DNA from: Eledone cirrhosa
Taxonomy: Eukaryota
Reading direction: 5' to 3'
Assembly: GCA_964016885.1 (NCBI GenBank)
Contig: OZ024746.1
Location: 22,754,001-22,818,000 of the forward strand
Length of the DNA: 64,000 bases
The notes beneath the pieces were generated by a model. The model had not been told where the DNA came from. It saw only the letters and a program-made list of their open reading frames with translations, and did no database searches. Below, piece after piece: positions 39,015 through 52,719 of the stretch (positions within the stretch are counted from its first letter, which is position 1; the number at the start of each line of letters is the position of its first letter). A program made the position numbers and the translations under genes.

Positions 39015-40446
39015 ACGGCACTACAACGGAATTGGCTGTCAGAAGTGAAAGTAGAAGAATGTGACGTCACGTATTTGCAACTTGAAAAATATGAATTCTA
39101 CATTATACCCCAGCGTAAATGGAATTAATCATCGCGATATTTCCATCGCTACCGCCAATGGTGTCGATTAGAAAAGGCACATTTCTAGAAGATAGTAAAT
39201 TGAAGTGTGAACAAATAATTGACATTGTATTTTGGGGCAAAAGAAGATTTAGCCAAGGGGATTTTACAGGAATCTCGTATCGCGAATGTAGCTGTAGCAG
39301 ATTGGCGAAAGTTTTGCCGTGATATTTAAGTTAACTCCACTTACATCGATATGCTTTATTGTTATTTCCTTGGGTAAGTTAATATCTAAGCTTTTGCTTA
39401 CACGTTAATTACAAGTGTAACAGCTATTGTAGTTTTTAATGCACATGTTAAATAAGATTGTATATTATCGTTTTGTTTTAATTGTACCATAACTCTGGAA
39501 AATTACGTAGTTATTTGGTTATTGGACATCAATACGAGAAGCAGTTATAATTATTAAACTGCGGATGTTGAATTTATTTTCTTAATCCTGTATGTTATTA
39601 AAAGGTTCCCGAGTAGTACAGTAAATTAAGGCCTTTACGAACGGAACTATGCAATGAAAGTATTTTTAATAAGTGTATCTCATCGTAAACGTATCTCTTA
39701 GAAATTCATAAATGGCTGTGTAAACCCTTACACTTTAAAACAAAATTACAAACCAATTATGTGGTCATTGAAGTTGCTAGAAATAGCAGGCAAATCTTAT
39801 ACCCTCTACCACATTAAAAAAAGGAAGAACGAAAACGGGAGTAACTCGTTAATATTTATTGAAATATTCGAAGCGTTACTGCTTCGGACGTGATAAAAAG
39901 GAAATTATATAGAGAATTTTAAATATTTCGAAAGCACAAGCAATCGTCAAGGACTTTATATACTAATTCCTTTCTTTCTGTGTTCGTGGCAGCTGGCAGC
40001 TGAGTATCAACCATCCATAAATCATTTTTATCCGCTAAGAATCTCAATGGGGAAAATTTTCTTCAATTTCTGCCAGTATTACAAAACAAGGTTATCTTGT
40101 AGTTACCCGCGTTAAATTGTTTTTTTTTAAGAAAGTCGGTAGTGTCGGCCCCATGAACTTCATTGGTTTTCTAATTTGATAACTATGACTATGAAATAAA
40201 ACGCGTGGTGATATGGAAACAAATCGATTACGCTAAACGTAAATAAACATAAATAAGTTGCAAATACGTGTATTATCCCAAAGTGAAAAACCAAGTTTTG
40301 CATCAACGTGGTGATTTCAAAGTTTATTTATTTACACATGGTGGTGGTGGTGATACGGAAATAAAGAGAAGGTTGACGAATAACGTCAGATTGACGTCAC
40401 ATTCTTCTACTATCACTTCTGACAGCCAATTCCGTTGTAGTGCCGT
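39015..40446. mobile_element. Non-autonomous TIR element, superfamily unassigned
   Basis: 55-bp TIRs with one mismatch (ACGGCACTACAACGGAATTGGCTGTCAGAAGTGA...TGACGTCA). No transposase ORF and no evident TSD. Confidence 0.8.
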
Positions 40447-41594
40447 TCCAATTCCTAATATATCCATAACTTTTAACATTTATATGTTTTTAAAGTTACA
40501 AACAAAGCGTGAAGCTACTTAGTATAAGGGACTATGAAGAAAGAGAAATTAAAACAAAAGGAATAAATTTACTTTAGACATGAAAGAGTTCAGGTCATAA
40601 GAAGGAGGAAATCAATGAGACGAAAGAGAGTTCCAAAGTCTGGCAGTTTGAAGAAAAAAAACTACGACCGTAGAAAGACTTCCTTATTCATGGAACCACA
40701 ATAACATATATGTGAATCGCTGACAATGTTGTCGTCACGGGTTCACTTGTAGGTTTATAGTTTCTATTTATTTTTTGGGGTGGGGGATCGGAAGTTTATT
40801 CCTTTACTGATTTTTATCACAGACTTGCAACTATGCTGGGGGGACAAACTGCAGTGATTTTCTTCTAATTTTTGTTTCCAAAGTTCATTATATCGACCCA
40901 TATTTAACAAAATTCATTATATCGACCTATATTTAACAAAGTTCATTATATCGACCCATATTTAACCTTTTCATGACCATGTTTCTAATGACACACAATA
41001 TTACAATTAGTTACTGAAAAATGTGGAAGGATTTACAAAATTATTTATAATTTCATGATTAAGATAGTATTTAATTATATAACGCAATAAAAAAGTTATT
41101 TTATAAATTAGCCGGATCAGTTGGAGACGGTTGCTTCTAACAGGACCCGCTGGAAGGAGTGTTTGAGGACTCTGCCCCAAGACCCTCCCAGGAATAAGTG
41201 GACAAAGAAGAAGGTTTTAATTTAAATAGGTTCTCTTTAAATTGGAAGTCTTGTTTCAAAAATGTTTAGTGGTTTATCTATTGATCACAGGAAAATATTA
41301 TATATTTGTATCAAACTATGATCAATTAAAGTACAGTAATGCATCCCTCTGATGCTTGTTCTCTTGGCTGGTATTGCTGGCCCTAATTCTAACCATAACG
41401 AACTCCTTTTCTTCCTTTTTTTGTTCCCTTTAATAGTGTGTTTCGTTTTTATTAGATACTGCTCGATAATTTTTATGAAATGTCAAAAATAATTTTTCAT
41501 AACATTCTGAGATTTCGCGACTGAATGGTTGAAATGTACTTCATATTTTAACTGAGAATAAAACAATATTTTATCTAATAAAAACAAAACTATA

Positions 41595-41666
<72 letters not shown>

Positions 41667-43099
41667 ACACACACAATGAATCCGGTGAATCAGACGAGAT
41701 ATCTTCGTTCTTTTATTTGAAAATATTTATATCAACTCATTTCCGTGAATTTGTTTTTTCTTTTCACTGTACTTATACTGAAAAACAGTCCATGGTACAT
41801 ACTACCAAGTCATACTCGATTGTGAGTGACGGCCATAATTTACATTTCAGTAGCTCAGCAATAACAATAGTCATTATAGAATCTAACAATCGAATATTGA
41901 TGGAAGCATCCGCCATTTTCTGTCTCAATGACAGTTTTGATTTAGTTTGAAGTGCGTGACAATTTGTTTTGGTAGTCACTCCAGCATTTGCTTTATCATA
42001 TTAACAGCAACATCACCAACATCATCAACAACTTACGCTGGCAAAACAACAACAATAACAACAAAAATTAGAGTAACAACGACTACGATAGCAATAACGA
42101 CAATAATCATAACATTAACAACAACTAGAACAATGAAAACGAGATAACAATAACAACAACAAAAATGGCGACTACGGTTATGACAACAGCAATACTATTA
42201 AGAACAGTGAATATATATATATGTACAAGGCGGTGGATTGACAGAGTGGTTAGAACGTTGGATATAAGGCTTTGTCGTATTTGTTACGGCTCTCTGATCT
42301 CTGAATTTAAATCTCGCCAAGCTCAACTTCGTCTTTCATCCATTCAAGGTCAATAAAAAGTACCAGTCTAATATTAGGGTCAATTCTTCCTCTATATCTC
42401 TTTTTCACTTCATCTCTCTCGTTGTCTACCCTGCTCCGGAAGAAAGCTACTGCATTCAGACCCGGAGAGGAGATGGGTTCCGCCAGGCTTTAGAATGCCC
42501 TAGAAACGTTGTATGTCAATACGGCACCCCTGCAACTCCCCCAAGAGTTACGGGACCATACCATATATATATATATATGTGTGTACAAGGTCGTGAATTG
42601 CCAGAGTCGTTGAAAGATAAGATGGAGTGCTTTCTTGTGTTTGTTCCGACTATCTGCGCTTTCTGCCTTCAAATTCCACCAAGGTAATCCAGAACTGGGG
42701 TCAATACTTTGTCTATATCCTTTTCTCACCCACCCTCTCTCTATCCTCCCCCTCTTTCTCTCCTTATATGGAAAAAAATCAATTGTGTTCAGATCTGGAG
42801 ATGAGATAAGCTCAGCTAGGTTTTAAGTACTGAAGACTACGGCGCTCCTACGACTCCATTAGGAGTTACAGGTCCACACACATTGATATATATGAACATA
42901 TGAGACTCAGGTACTGCTATAATATTGGAGAGTTCTGCTATGAATTATATATGTTATCTATATCGACACCATCAATATATCAGTCCCCCCCCCCTGTAAA
43001 GTGGTCGTGCTGGTGACACGACAAAAAAAGCAACCAGTCCACCCTCTTAAGTGGTTGATGTTATCGTCACTTTCCACCACCCTCATCTCGTACAGATGC

Positions 43100-43114
43100 A
43101 CACACACACACATA

Positions 43115-43165
<51 letters not shown>

Positions 43166-43418
43166 TATACACACACACATATATATATATACATATTATA
43201 CACACACACATATATATATATATATACATATTATACACACACACACACACACATATTATACACACACACACATATATATATATATATTATACACACACAC
43301 ACACATATATATATACATATTATACACACACACACATATATATATACATATTATACACACACACACACATATATATATACATATTATACACACACATATA
43401 TATATATATACATATTAT

Positions 43419-43449
<31 letters not shown>

Positions 43450-43494
43450 CATATTATACACACACAGACACATATATATATATATACATATTAT

Positions 43495-43525
<31 letters not shown>

Positions 43526-43533
43526 CATATTAT

Positions 43534-43564
<31 letters not shown>

Positions 43565-43572
43565 CATATTAT

Positions 43573-43618
<46 letters not shown>

Positions 43619-43650
43619 TATACACACATACACATATATATACATATGTG
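43100..43650. repeat. Compound microsatellite (CA)n(TA)n-CATATTATA
   Basis: Representative of many (TA)/(CA)/(TACA) tracts, also 140-472, 1813-2105, 12822-13105 and 56177-56618. Confidence 0.95.
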
Positions 43651-43828
43651 TGTGCAGGTTTCAGTCGTTAGACTGCAGCCATGCTGGTACACCATCTTAA
43701 AATCGATCTAAATCGTTCTCTTTTTGTCGAATCGCTATGTTACTTGACAACCACAGACACAAATGTAATCACCAATACAAGCACCTATACTCGCATATAT
43801 ACATTCATATATATCTATCATATATATC

Positions 43829-44200
43829 CAAGAAACTCACCCAGATGGTGGATGGGTGCTACACGAGAATGCTGAGGATGGCTCTGAACATTAATCAGTA
43901 TACACTGAGGATGAAAAACTCAGAGCTGTATGGGAGCATCCCAAAAGTCAGCTCAAAAGTGACTCAGAGGAGACTGAGGTTAGCTGGACATGCTCACCGA
44001 CATTGCACTCAGTACTCCTTTGGGAGCCCCTACATGGACACACTAGAAGAGGAAGACCAAGGTTAACGTATGTTGATGCCCTAAGGACAGACACTGGTCT
44101 GTTGGAGACGCAGGACATGGCAGCGATAATGAGGGACAGAGACCGCTGGAGAGAACTCGTTCATGGATCTCGGGAATTTTACCCGCCTTAGATGTAGATA
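43829..44200 (+). mobile_element. RTE-clade LINE 3' fragment
   Basis: DGCYTRMLRMALNI...RRLRLAGH...VLLWEPLHGHTRRGRPRLTYVD...DRDRWR with one frameshift. Confidence 0.85.
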
Positions 44201-44475
44201 TATCTATATATACAACGGTAACACTCATCGTCGAAACTGACAGAGTTCCATTCCAGTTAACATTTCTTTATATCATGAGTGACAATTTTATACGTACGCC
44301 AGATATCTGTATGCTTTTTTTTAAATATAGAATTATGAAAATAAAACAAAGATAAATATTGATTTCAGATATTTTCTTTATCGATTTCTAGGAAATTAAG
44401 AAATTTCAGTCGTATCTGGTCATACATAAACTAAACACACACACACACATAAACTAAACACACACATAAACTAAG

Positions 44476-44527
<52 letters not shown>

Positions 44528-44730
44528 TATGCATGTGTGTAACAGTATAGTTGATTGGCAGTATCGGTAGAGAGTCGGACGCCATGCTTTCCAGCATAGT
44601 TACGTCCCTTTACGGTCTGAGTTCAAATCCCGTCGAGGTTAACTTTGCCTTTCATCCTTACGGGGTCGATAAAATAAAGTACCAGTAATGTACTGGGTAA
44701 TTGCTGGCCTTGTGCCTAAAGTAGAAACAA

Positions 44731-44770
<40 letters not shown>

Positions 44771-46009
44771 AGGCATAAGTACATCTTCAAGACGATGCCT
44801 CACATTCATTCCCCTTTAGTGAACATAGACTTGGCCAGGAGGTATTGATGTCATCAGATGGTATCCAACGGTCATTGGATGTTTCGACCCTCACCTGTAA
44901 CACCATCTCACTGGTGGGTCAGCCGTGGTGGCTAAATTACTGCCCATCTTCGCCCCCTGGATTCCAGCTTATCTCCTCTCCCCTGCTTCAAACAAGAGGC
45001 CCTTTCTACTGCGAACTGCAGCCTTACTATATTTTAGACGAATTACTTTAAAAATACGCTGACGATATTGAATTCATCTGACAATGTCGATTCATTCAGA
45101 ATGACTGCAGCTAAATCATTATTTCAAGTGTACACTGGGTATTTCATTATATAATTTAAAACCATAAGGCCCTCTGTACAATAAGTATAGGGCCTCGAGC
45201 ATGGGTTCCCTGTACAATAAGTATAGGCCCACATGCCAGCATTTCTATAAATCTGGGGCTCCACAGATGGGTTTGGCTAGGGCTCTTAAGTAGGTAAATC
45301 CCGCTGTGATTCCACAGACATGTCCAACGGATTATATCTGATTTTCTAACAACTGTCTTTATCACATACACTGCGCGCGCGTGTGCGTGTGCGTGGTGTG
45401 TGTGTGTGTGTGTAAGCACGTAGCATGTTAATTTCACTTTGGTCCAATGTTGCTGTGTTGTTGTTTAGCGACGAATTAGAAAATCCTATTAATTATTATT
45501 GTTTAAGTCAGACTTTTCTACAGGGTATGCATTATGTTGCGACATATTTCTCCTGGAAGAGAAGCTGACAAAAATATCATTTGACATTGGGCCAGACAAG
45601 GTAGACTAACACTCAGAGTAGAGAATAAAGTAAATTATTTCAACATAGCAATTTATCATTGGGTGATGTTATGATTAAACGTGTTCACACAAAACAGCTC
45701 TAATTAAAAAGGAGGGAAAAAAATACTGATAAATTTAATTACTGATTAGATGGAATCAAGTTTCCTACAAGGAAGCATATTTGACTAACAGTCTAAATCT
45801 GTGACAAGACTATAATATAATTTGTCTGTAAATTTCTAGAGAGGAATCTTAAGTATATTTATCTTGTGGTTTTATGTCCAATTTAAATATATCTTTAATG
45901 CATTAACCTTTAAGTAACCTCGTCACTTTAGACGTTTCAAACACTAAGAGAATATAGTAATACAACTAGAATTAGATTTCTCAGCTAAAAGCCACATTAT
46001 ATGCATAGG

Positions 46010-46320
46010 CATGTGAAGGCTCCTGGTTTACTAGTTAAGGTGTTCATCGTAAGGACGTGAGTTTGATTCCCGGTAGCATGTTTTGTCCTTGAGCAAGAGA
46101 CTTTATTTCAAGTTGCTTCATGGTCCATTCAGTTGACAAAAATTAGATGAATCTGTAATTCAAAGGGCCAGCCATTTTTACACATTGTGTCACGATGAAT
46201 CTGACGGAGAACCATGTTATGGGTACACGTGTCTGTGAAATGGTCAGCCACTTGCATATCAACCTCACGAACAAGCTATTTCATTGTTCGAACGACTGGA
46301 ATACCCGTCGTCAACGCCGA
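46010..46320 (+). mobile_element. tRNA-head SINE with CORE-like centre
   Basis: GTGAGTT(C/T)GATTCC B-box and GTCCTTGAGCAAGA.ACTTTATTTCA centre. Copies near 11660, 30940, 34255, 54810, 56770, 63585 and 63940. Confidence 0.75.
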
Positions 46321-46509
46321 CAAATGTCGATCACACATCCTGACTCTTTTCCTATTACCCACACTACTACCCTAAGTATTGAGTACTCTGGTGCGTTATG
46401 GTCCACCTGGTATCTTACCACACCCTCTTCGTTATATATATATATTATGGATAGAAGACGTGTATCTTTAACATCACAAACTAGTACAAACTATTAGTTC
46501 TATTAGAAC

Positions 46510-46570
<61 letters not shown>

Positions 46571-46872
46571 AGGTATCTACCTGTCTATGGTAGGACCAAT
46601 AACCTGTGTTGTATGGGCATAAATTTCTAACGTGATCAGGTAATAAGAGTTTTCGTTTTTGTAGTAGGCTTTCATCATATTATATATGTTTAACAATGAA
46701 AATAAATGGCGATGGTTAGTGTTTAATTAGTTCATTGTTTTACGATCGTTTCAGAAGGTTTCATTGTTTCTGATGAAGCAGCGAGACTAATGATATGGAG
46801 TTACATAACTACTATAGATTAGTCAAAATAACCAATGATGATGATAATAATAATAATAAAGTTATAACTTAC

Positions 46873-47292
46873 TGAAGTGAAGAAAGATGTGATCAGACAG
46901 AGTGTAAAAAACTGGAGACATATAGGAAAACAATACAATAGCCATGAGACGAAAATTTGGAGATGGTTGGCGAGGTAAACTTCAGACAAATACATTGAAA
47001 AGAGCACAATCCTTAGTGTAGCCCACATGAGAACTATTAGAAGAAGGACTGACTGGTAGCTGCAGCGTTTGTGTTTGTACCATAATATCATTATCAGCTG
47101 GACAGACACTGCTGTGAAGAGGCTTGCAAACATCGTGAGGAAGATGACGGTGAGAACTTTTTCAATCTGTGGTGATAGAGAAGGCCCCAATGTAGCCTCA
47201 GTGATTGAATCATCGGTAGTAAATATAATTATTTCCGTCGTTTGGTTACCCCCACCACTGGGGGGTCCTTTAGACTCTAATACATTCCACAT
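46873..47292 (-). CDS. GPR137: GPR137/GPR137B (TM7SF1)-like membrane protein, coding exon 1
   Basis: Encodes MWNVLESKG...VQLIMILWYKHKRCSYQSVLLLIVLMWATLRIVLFSMY...WLLYCFPICLQFFTLCL..FFTS, which matches the GPR137B motifs VQLWLVLRYRHKRLSYQS and WLLYCFPVCLQFFTL. A polypyrimidine-CAG acceptor puts the exon start at 47297, 5 nt before the ATG. The GTAAGT donor is at 46872 (phase 0). Upstream exons were not identified. Confidence 0.93.
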
Positions 47293-47394
47293 TGAATCTG
47301 AAATGAGAAAAAACAAACAAAAAAACATGAGATATTTCACTTATGCAGAAGCGGTGTTCGGTATATCAATCTCTCCCTATATTATTACAACCAC

Positions 47395-47591
47395 GGTGGA
47401 TTAGCAGTGGATTAGCAGTATCGGTAGAGGGTCGGGCACCATGCTTTGAAGCATAGAGTTACCTCCCTTTATGATCTGAGTTCAAATCCCGCCGAGGTTA
47501 ACTTTGCCTTTCATCCTTACGGGGTCGATAAAATAAAGTACCACTAATGCACTGGGATAATTGCTGGCCTGATGCCAAAAGTAGAAACAAT
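47395..47591 (+). mobile_element. Young tRNA-derived SINE (Nin-domain-like core, ATT tail)
   Basis: A/B-box-like head (GAGTTCAAATCC), core TTTGCCTTTCATCCTTACGGGGTCGATAAAATAAAGTACC, and 17-bp TSD TATATTATTACAACCAC. About 15 copies occur, e.g. 1013-1224(-), 2817-3000(+), 9067-9203(+), 20217-20395(-), 21080-21180(+), 35727-35940(+), 35957-36155(+), 44553-44730(+), 49975-50120(-), 55063-55250(-), 55255-55438(-). Confidence 0.9.
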
Positions 47592-47987
47592 TATATTATT
47601 ACAACCACTGCCTTCCATACATTAACAGTGAATTGGCAGAGTCGTTAGAGGATCGGATAGAATGCTTCGCGCTATTCGTTTCGGCTTTCTGCGCTCTGAA
47701 TTCAAATCCTGCCGAAGTCAACATTGCCTTTCATCCTTTCGAGGTCGATTCTTTCTCTCTCTCTCTCTCAAGAAGAAGAAGAAGAAGAAGAAGAAATCAG
47801 CTGTGTTCATGCCTGAAGAGGAGATGAGCTCCGCCAAGTTTTAAAACTACCCAATTAAGTAAAGCCTAAATTACTCAGGGACACCATCCACACGAAATAA
47901 TAGTCAAGTCAGTGTTAACAAGCATATTTAATGCAGGGAGCAATAGAAAACTAATTAGAAATAATTATGCTACGAGGGGAAAATAAT

Positions 47988-48168
47988 TGTTTCTACTTTA
48001 GGCACAAGGCCAGCAATTACCCAGTGCATTACTGGTACTTTATTTTATCGACCCCGTAAGGATGAAAGGCAAAGTTAACCTCGGCGAGATTTGAACTCAG
48101 TCCGTAAAGGGACGTAACTATGCTGCAAAGCATGGCGTCCGACCCTCTACCGATACTGCCAATCCACC
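47988..48168 (-). mobile_element. Same young SINE family
   Basis: Full-length, with 18-bp TSD CTACGAGGGGAAAATAAT. Confidence 0.9.
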
Positions 48169-48933
48169 CTACGAGGGGAAAATAATATTAACGAATAACT
48201 AATATTGCTTTTGTTTGTCCAGCAAATACGAGAAACAATTCTGGGCGTGTTTCACGCATATTCGACCCCATCAGCGAAGTTTATACTTCACCGCACTTGT
48301 CAAAGAGGTGATGATTAATTGGCGGGACGTGTTTTTTTAACTTCTCTATTTCATATGAGCGGAGTAACATCACAACGGCTTCAACTTAACTTATCAAACG
48401 TTTTTCAAATAACTTTCTGGTGTAATCCAAATACTATTTGAAACAAATTCTCAGTAAAACACTCGAGGTGAAATGCTATATATTAATAGAATGATATAAC
48501 AAGTAAGTTAAGTAATGATGCCGACAGAGATGAAAGAAGAATGTTATTCTGTATAAAATGCGGCCATATAATTGTATACTTTGAAGTGCGTGAGTTCAAT
48601 ATGATAAAGAGCTATCCATTGAATATAACATGGTCGTGAGAGACAGATATGTCCTATGGGCAATGTATTCAAATAAACTACTAATATTGTTTGAGACAAT
48701 GAGTCATAGAAAGTATGTATTATATCATAAGAAAGTTTCAATAAGATCATACGCATAAGCACAGATTCTATCATAGGTTCCCTGAGTAAGGAATTCATTT
48801 CGCAATCACGTACTTTCGGATTCAGTCCCAGTGTGATATCTTAAGCAGGTCTTTTCTACACTAATCTAGGGTCGACCTTTGCGTTGTGAATAGAATTTGT
48901 TAGACGGAAACTATAAAATTCCGCCGTGAGTAT

Positions 48934-48969
<36 letters not shown>

Positions 48970-48970
48970 G

Positions 48971-49025
<55 letters not shown>

Positions 49026-49400
49026 ACATATATATATATATATATATATAGGAAAAGAGTCAGGACCCCGACGGCTGAGCTTCGGCCGTATCGAAAGCTA
49101 GATCCGAACTCAGTTCGGATCTAACTATCGATACGACCGGCGCCCAGCTGTCAGTGTCTTGACTCTTTTCCTATTACCCACTCTACTACCCTAAGTATTG
49201 AGTACTCTGGTGCGTTATGGTCCACCTGGAATCTTACCACACCCTCTTTGTTATATGTATATATGCATGCATGTATGTGTGTGCAGAATTTCACATACAT
49301 ATGTATAGCTCCCTGCATTGGTCAGCTCATGTGCGCGCACACATTCCCAACGCTACACTCTCACAGCAACGGTCTAATGCACATCAATTCACATCTTTGT

Positions 49401-49471
<71 letters not shown>

Positions 49472-50579
49472 TGTCACGCAAAGAGATATCCCACGTAGTA
49501 AACCAATAACCGCTGCAAAATTCTCAGAACTCAGTCAATCAGTAGTATAGTATAGGTCCAGTAGCTGGTTGAATTTATTATTATCGATTTACAAGTTTTA
49601 TTAATCATTTGGAGTGGGAGTAAATTATAAGGACTGTTTGGTAAGGGAGTTTGTACAAGTCAGTTATCGAAGGTGACAACTAAATGCACTAGTTATATGA
49701 TCTGGATACTGCACACATTGGAGTTATAGAAGCTTTGAACTTTTATATAAACCAGTAAAATATTGTCGAACAACTTCTTTATCCCAGAAGACGTAAAAAT
49801 ATAGAGAGTGGGCTGTGCTATTTAAGTATGAACCATAATAAAACGTCCGTCCTTTTTGTATCATAACCAAACCTACCGAAATCTAAACTATAATAAAGGA
49901 ACGTCTGCGAGACTGCGTACGGTTTATTTCTTTTAATCCAGTTAGTAAAATAAGTTGGATTACTTTGAATAAATAATTGTTTCTACTTTAGGCACAAGGC
50001 CAGCAATTACCCAGTGCATTACTGGTACTTTATTTTATCGACCCCGTAAGGATGAAAGGCAAAATCAACCTCGGCGGGATTTGAACTCAGATCGTAAAGG
50101 GACGTAACTATGCTGGAAAGTTAAAAAATGAATGAATATTACATAATTTATGTACTAAATTTCGTAAAAATAAATAATTTAAAATTGACTTCTTTTCAAA
50201 GTTGCACTTCCGGTATATCGTCGCCATCACCACCACTTCAACTACCATATATATATAGAGAGAGTGTGTGTGATGAGAGATATAGAGAGATTATGATTTT
50301 CTACACGCTGACGCGTATGAGTGTGCACATAAATACATCTGTATGTATGAGTATATAACTATATGAATATATAACTATAATCGCGCAAACACAAGCTTAT
50401 AAAAATACACCCTCACGGACGTAATTCACACAAATACACATACATTCACACAAACATACATACATTTACACAAACACACATATAGTCATGATAGCAGCGT
50501 TCGGTGAAATTGGAAATGGGAGGGTAAAAGAGGTATAACGTTTTTTTTATTTATTAACTCTTTATTTATTTATTAACTC

Positions 50580-51250
50580 TTTTTTTTTTTAAAACTCATT
50601 TACTATAATGGTTACAACACGAAAACACTAACAAATATAATATATACAAAGGAAAGGGAAAGGAATAAAAGAAAGAGAAAATACACAAGCAGATAATACA
50701 CATATCTTAGGCCACATAACAATATGCAGGCGAAAGATTGGAAAAACGAGCCGCTACCAGAGCAAAAGATAGCAATATAGCGAGGAGCACTGGGAAACCT
50801 CTCTAATAATTTTCGAGGCAGGCCAGCACGATCGCAGCGTTACCTGGGGTGATGGCGAGGCTGAGGTGCTGGAACAACCAAGTGCCCTCACGAGCATCAC
50901 CAGTTACCTCTGTTTGGCGAGCCGCCAGTGAAGATAAGAATCTCGCTGTCAGTAGCCCGACTCTCTCGAACGCCATAGGCTGGATAATGTAGTTAGCTGA
51001 CAGAACACGGTATTTTAGGATTTTGTTCCGTTCAGCTGCGGATGCTGTAGCTCTCGCCCTTACCGCTGCATCCATAATGCGGGAAGAAGCAAAAGAGTCA
51101 CTAACTGTGATGTTTCAGGTAAGGCAACTGCCTCTTGACCAGGAGCACAGAGTAAGACCGTCAAGTCTTTTCCCATCAATTCAGGAAAACCCAGACGGTT
51201 CCAAAATTGAGGGGATGTTTGCCCGGGCCAAAGCTCTTGAGTGGTAATAG
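50580..51250 (-). mobile_element. CRE-clade non-LTR retrotransposon 3' end
   Basis: RALARANIPSILEPSG..DGKRLDGLTL..W..G..L.*NITVSD...AERNKILKY...PMAFE..G...LSLAITPGNAA matches the RPDG restriction-like endonuclease region. A 3' UTR and poly(A) follow. Confidence 0.82.
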
Positions 51251-51409
51251 GACAGTGTGTGTATGTGCGCAAAGGTGAGTTTGTCGGCGTTCTTAAATTA
51301 GAGACACGTGTGTCACTGTTTTTAAGTTAGACATATATATGTGTGTATCCCTTTCCTTCCTTTTACACACATACATTCACACAAACACACATACACATTG
51401 CGTGATAGA

Positions 51410-51800
51410 TGAGTGGACAGAAGTCCTTCAAATTTATATACATGTGAATGGAGTTCTACTGAAGCAGTTAGAGAAGTTCAAGTATCTTGGAGCCGTGTTC
51501 ATGAGTGATGGAATGCAGTAATGCGCCAGCCTCAGCATTCAGCAATCAAATGAAATGGGTAAGTGTAGAAGCCAAACTCGCTGTCTTCCTGTATTCCTGA
51601 GGATAATGAATCTTGAGTAATGACCAAAAGAATACAATTGCAAATAAAAGTGGCAGAAATGGGATTACTCGATAAAGTGGAATAACTCAGAGACCAGAGA
51701 GTCACTCCTGGTAGAGTGGCTACGTCTCTGAATTGAGAGATCACAACTCCGATATTATGAGCATGTGGTTAGAATGTCTCAGTAAAGAATCGCTGGACAC
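51410..51800 (+). mobile_element. RTE LINE fragment
   Basis: IHVNGVLLKQLEKFKYLGAVFMSDG, then degenerate VAEM and QLRY..HV.RM motifs. Confidence 0.7.
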
Positions 51801-51809
51801 ATAAATAAT

Positions 51810-52310
51810 TAATGTGGGTAAAATGGTGGGTAAAATGATTATTGTGGGTAAGTTGTGGGTAAAATGATTATGTGGGTAAGTTGTGGGTAAATTGTGGGTA
51901 GAATGATTATTGTGGGTAAAGTGGTGGGTAAAATGATTATTGTGGGTAAGTTGTGGGTAAAATGATTATTGCGGGTCAAAAGATAGGTAAAATAATTATT
52001 GTGGGTAAAATGGTAAGTAAAATGATTATTGTGGGTAAAATGATTATTGTGGGTAAGTTGTGGGTAAAAAGGTAGGTAAAATAATTATTGTGGGTAGAGT
52101 GGTAGGTAAAATGATTATTGTGGGTAGTGGTAGGTAAAATGATGATTGTGGGTAAAATGGTGGGTAAAATAAGTATTGTGGGTAATGTTGTGGGTAAAAT
52201 GATTATTGTGGGTAAAGTGTGGGTAAAATGATTATTATGGGTAAAATCGTGGGTAAAATGGTAGGTAACATAATTAATGTGGGTAATGTAGTAGGTAAAG
52301 TGGTAGGTGA
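51810..52310. repeat. G-strand-biased minisatellite (TGTGGGTAAAATGATTAT)
   Basis: Dozens of GTGGGTAA motifs. A short inverted relative lies at 32585-32660. Confidence 0.9.
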
Positions 52311-52719
52311 AATCAAGAAAGGGAGAAAAAGGGTAGGAAGTGGAGTAAAGCGGGGTAGGGATAGGATGGGTTGGAAGAGGCAGAATGGAAGAAGGGGAGG
52401 AGAAACATCAAGGGAAGGAAGGATGGAAGACAGCAGGTTAAAGAAATAGGGAAAGAGAGGTTAAAAAATGGGGAAAAGTAGGGAAGAGGGGTAAAAAGGG
52501 ATACGAAGTGTGAAAGTGTGGGAAAGAGGCGGAAAAGGGTGTAATGAGGGAGAATCAACACCACGAGGTCAACCAGAAGACAACGAGGTCACGTAAAGTT
52601 ATATGTTGTTTCTTTCACAAGAAATTTGAAGCAAAAGATACCAAGTAACCATGTAACTTCAATAGCTCTTCATCATCGACTCCGGGAGAAACTCTAGGAC
52701 CAACCACCAATAAACACCC

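Noticed and set aside
47293-47340. ORF-track N-terminal extension MKYLMFFCLFFLISDS
   Set aside because: It is mostly the intronic polypyrimidine tract and acceptor. The ATG at 47292 is preferred unless an upstream coding exon exists.
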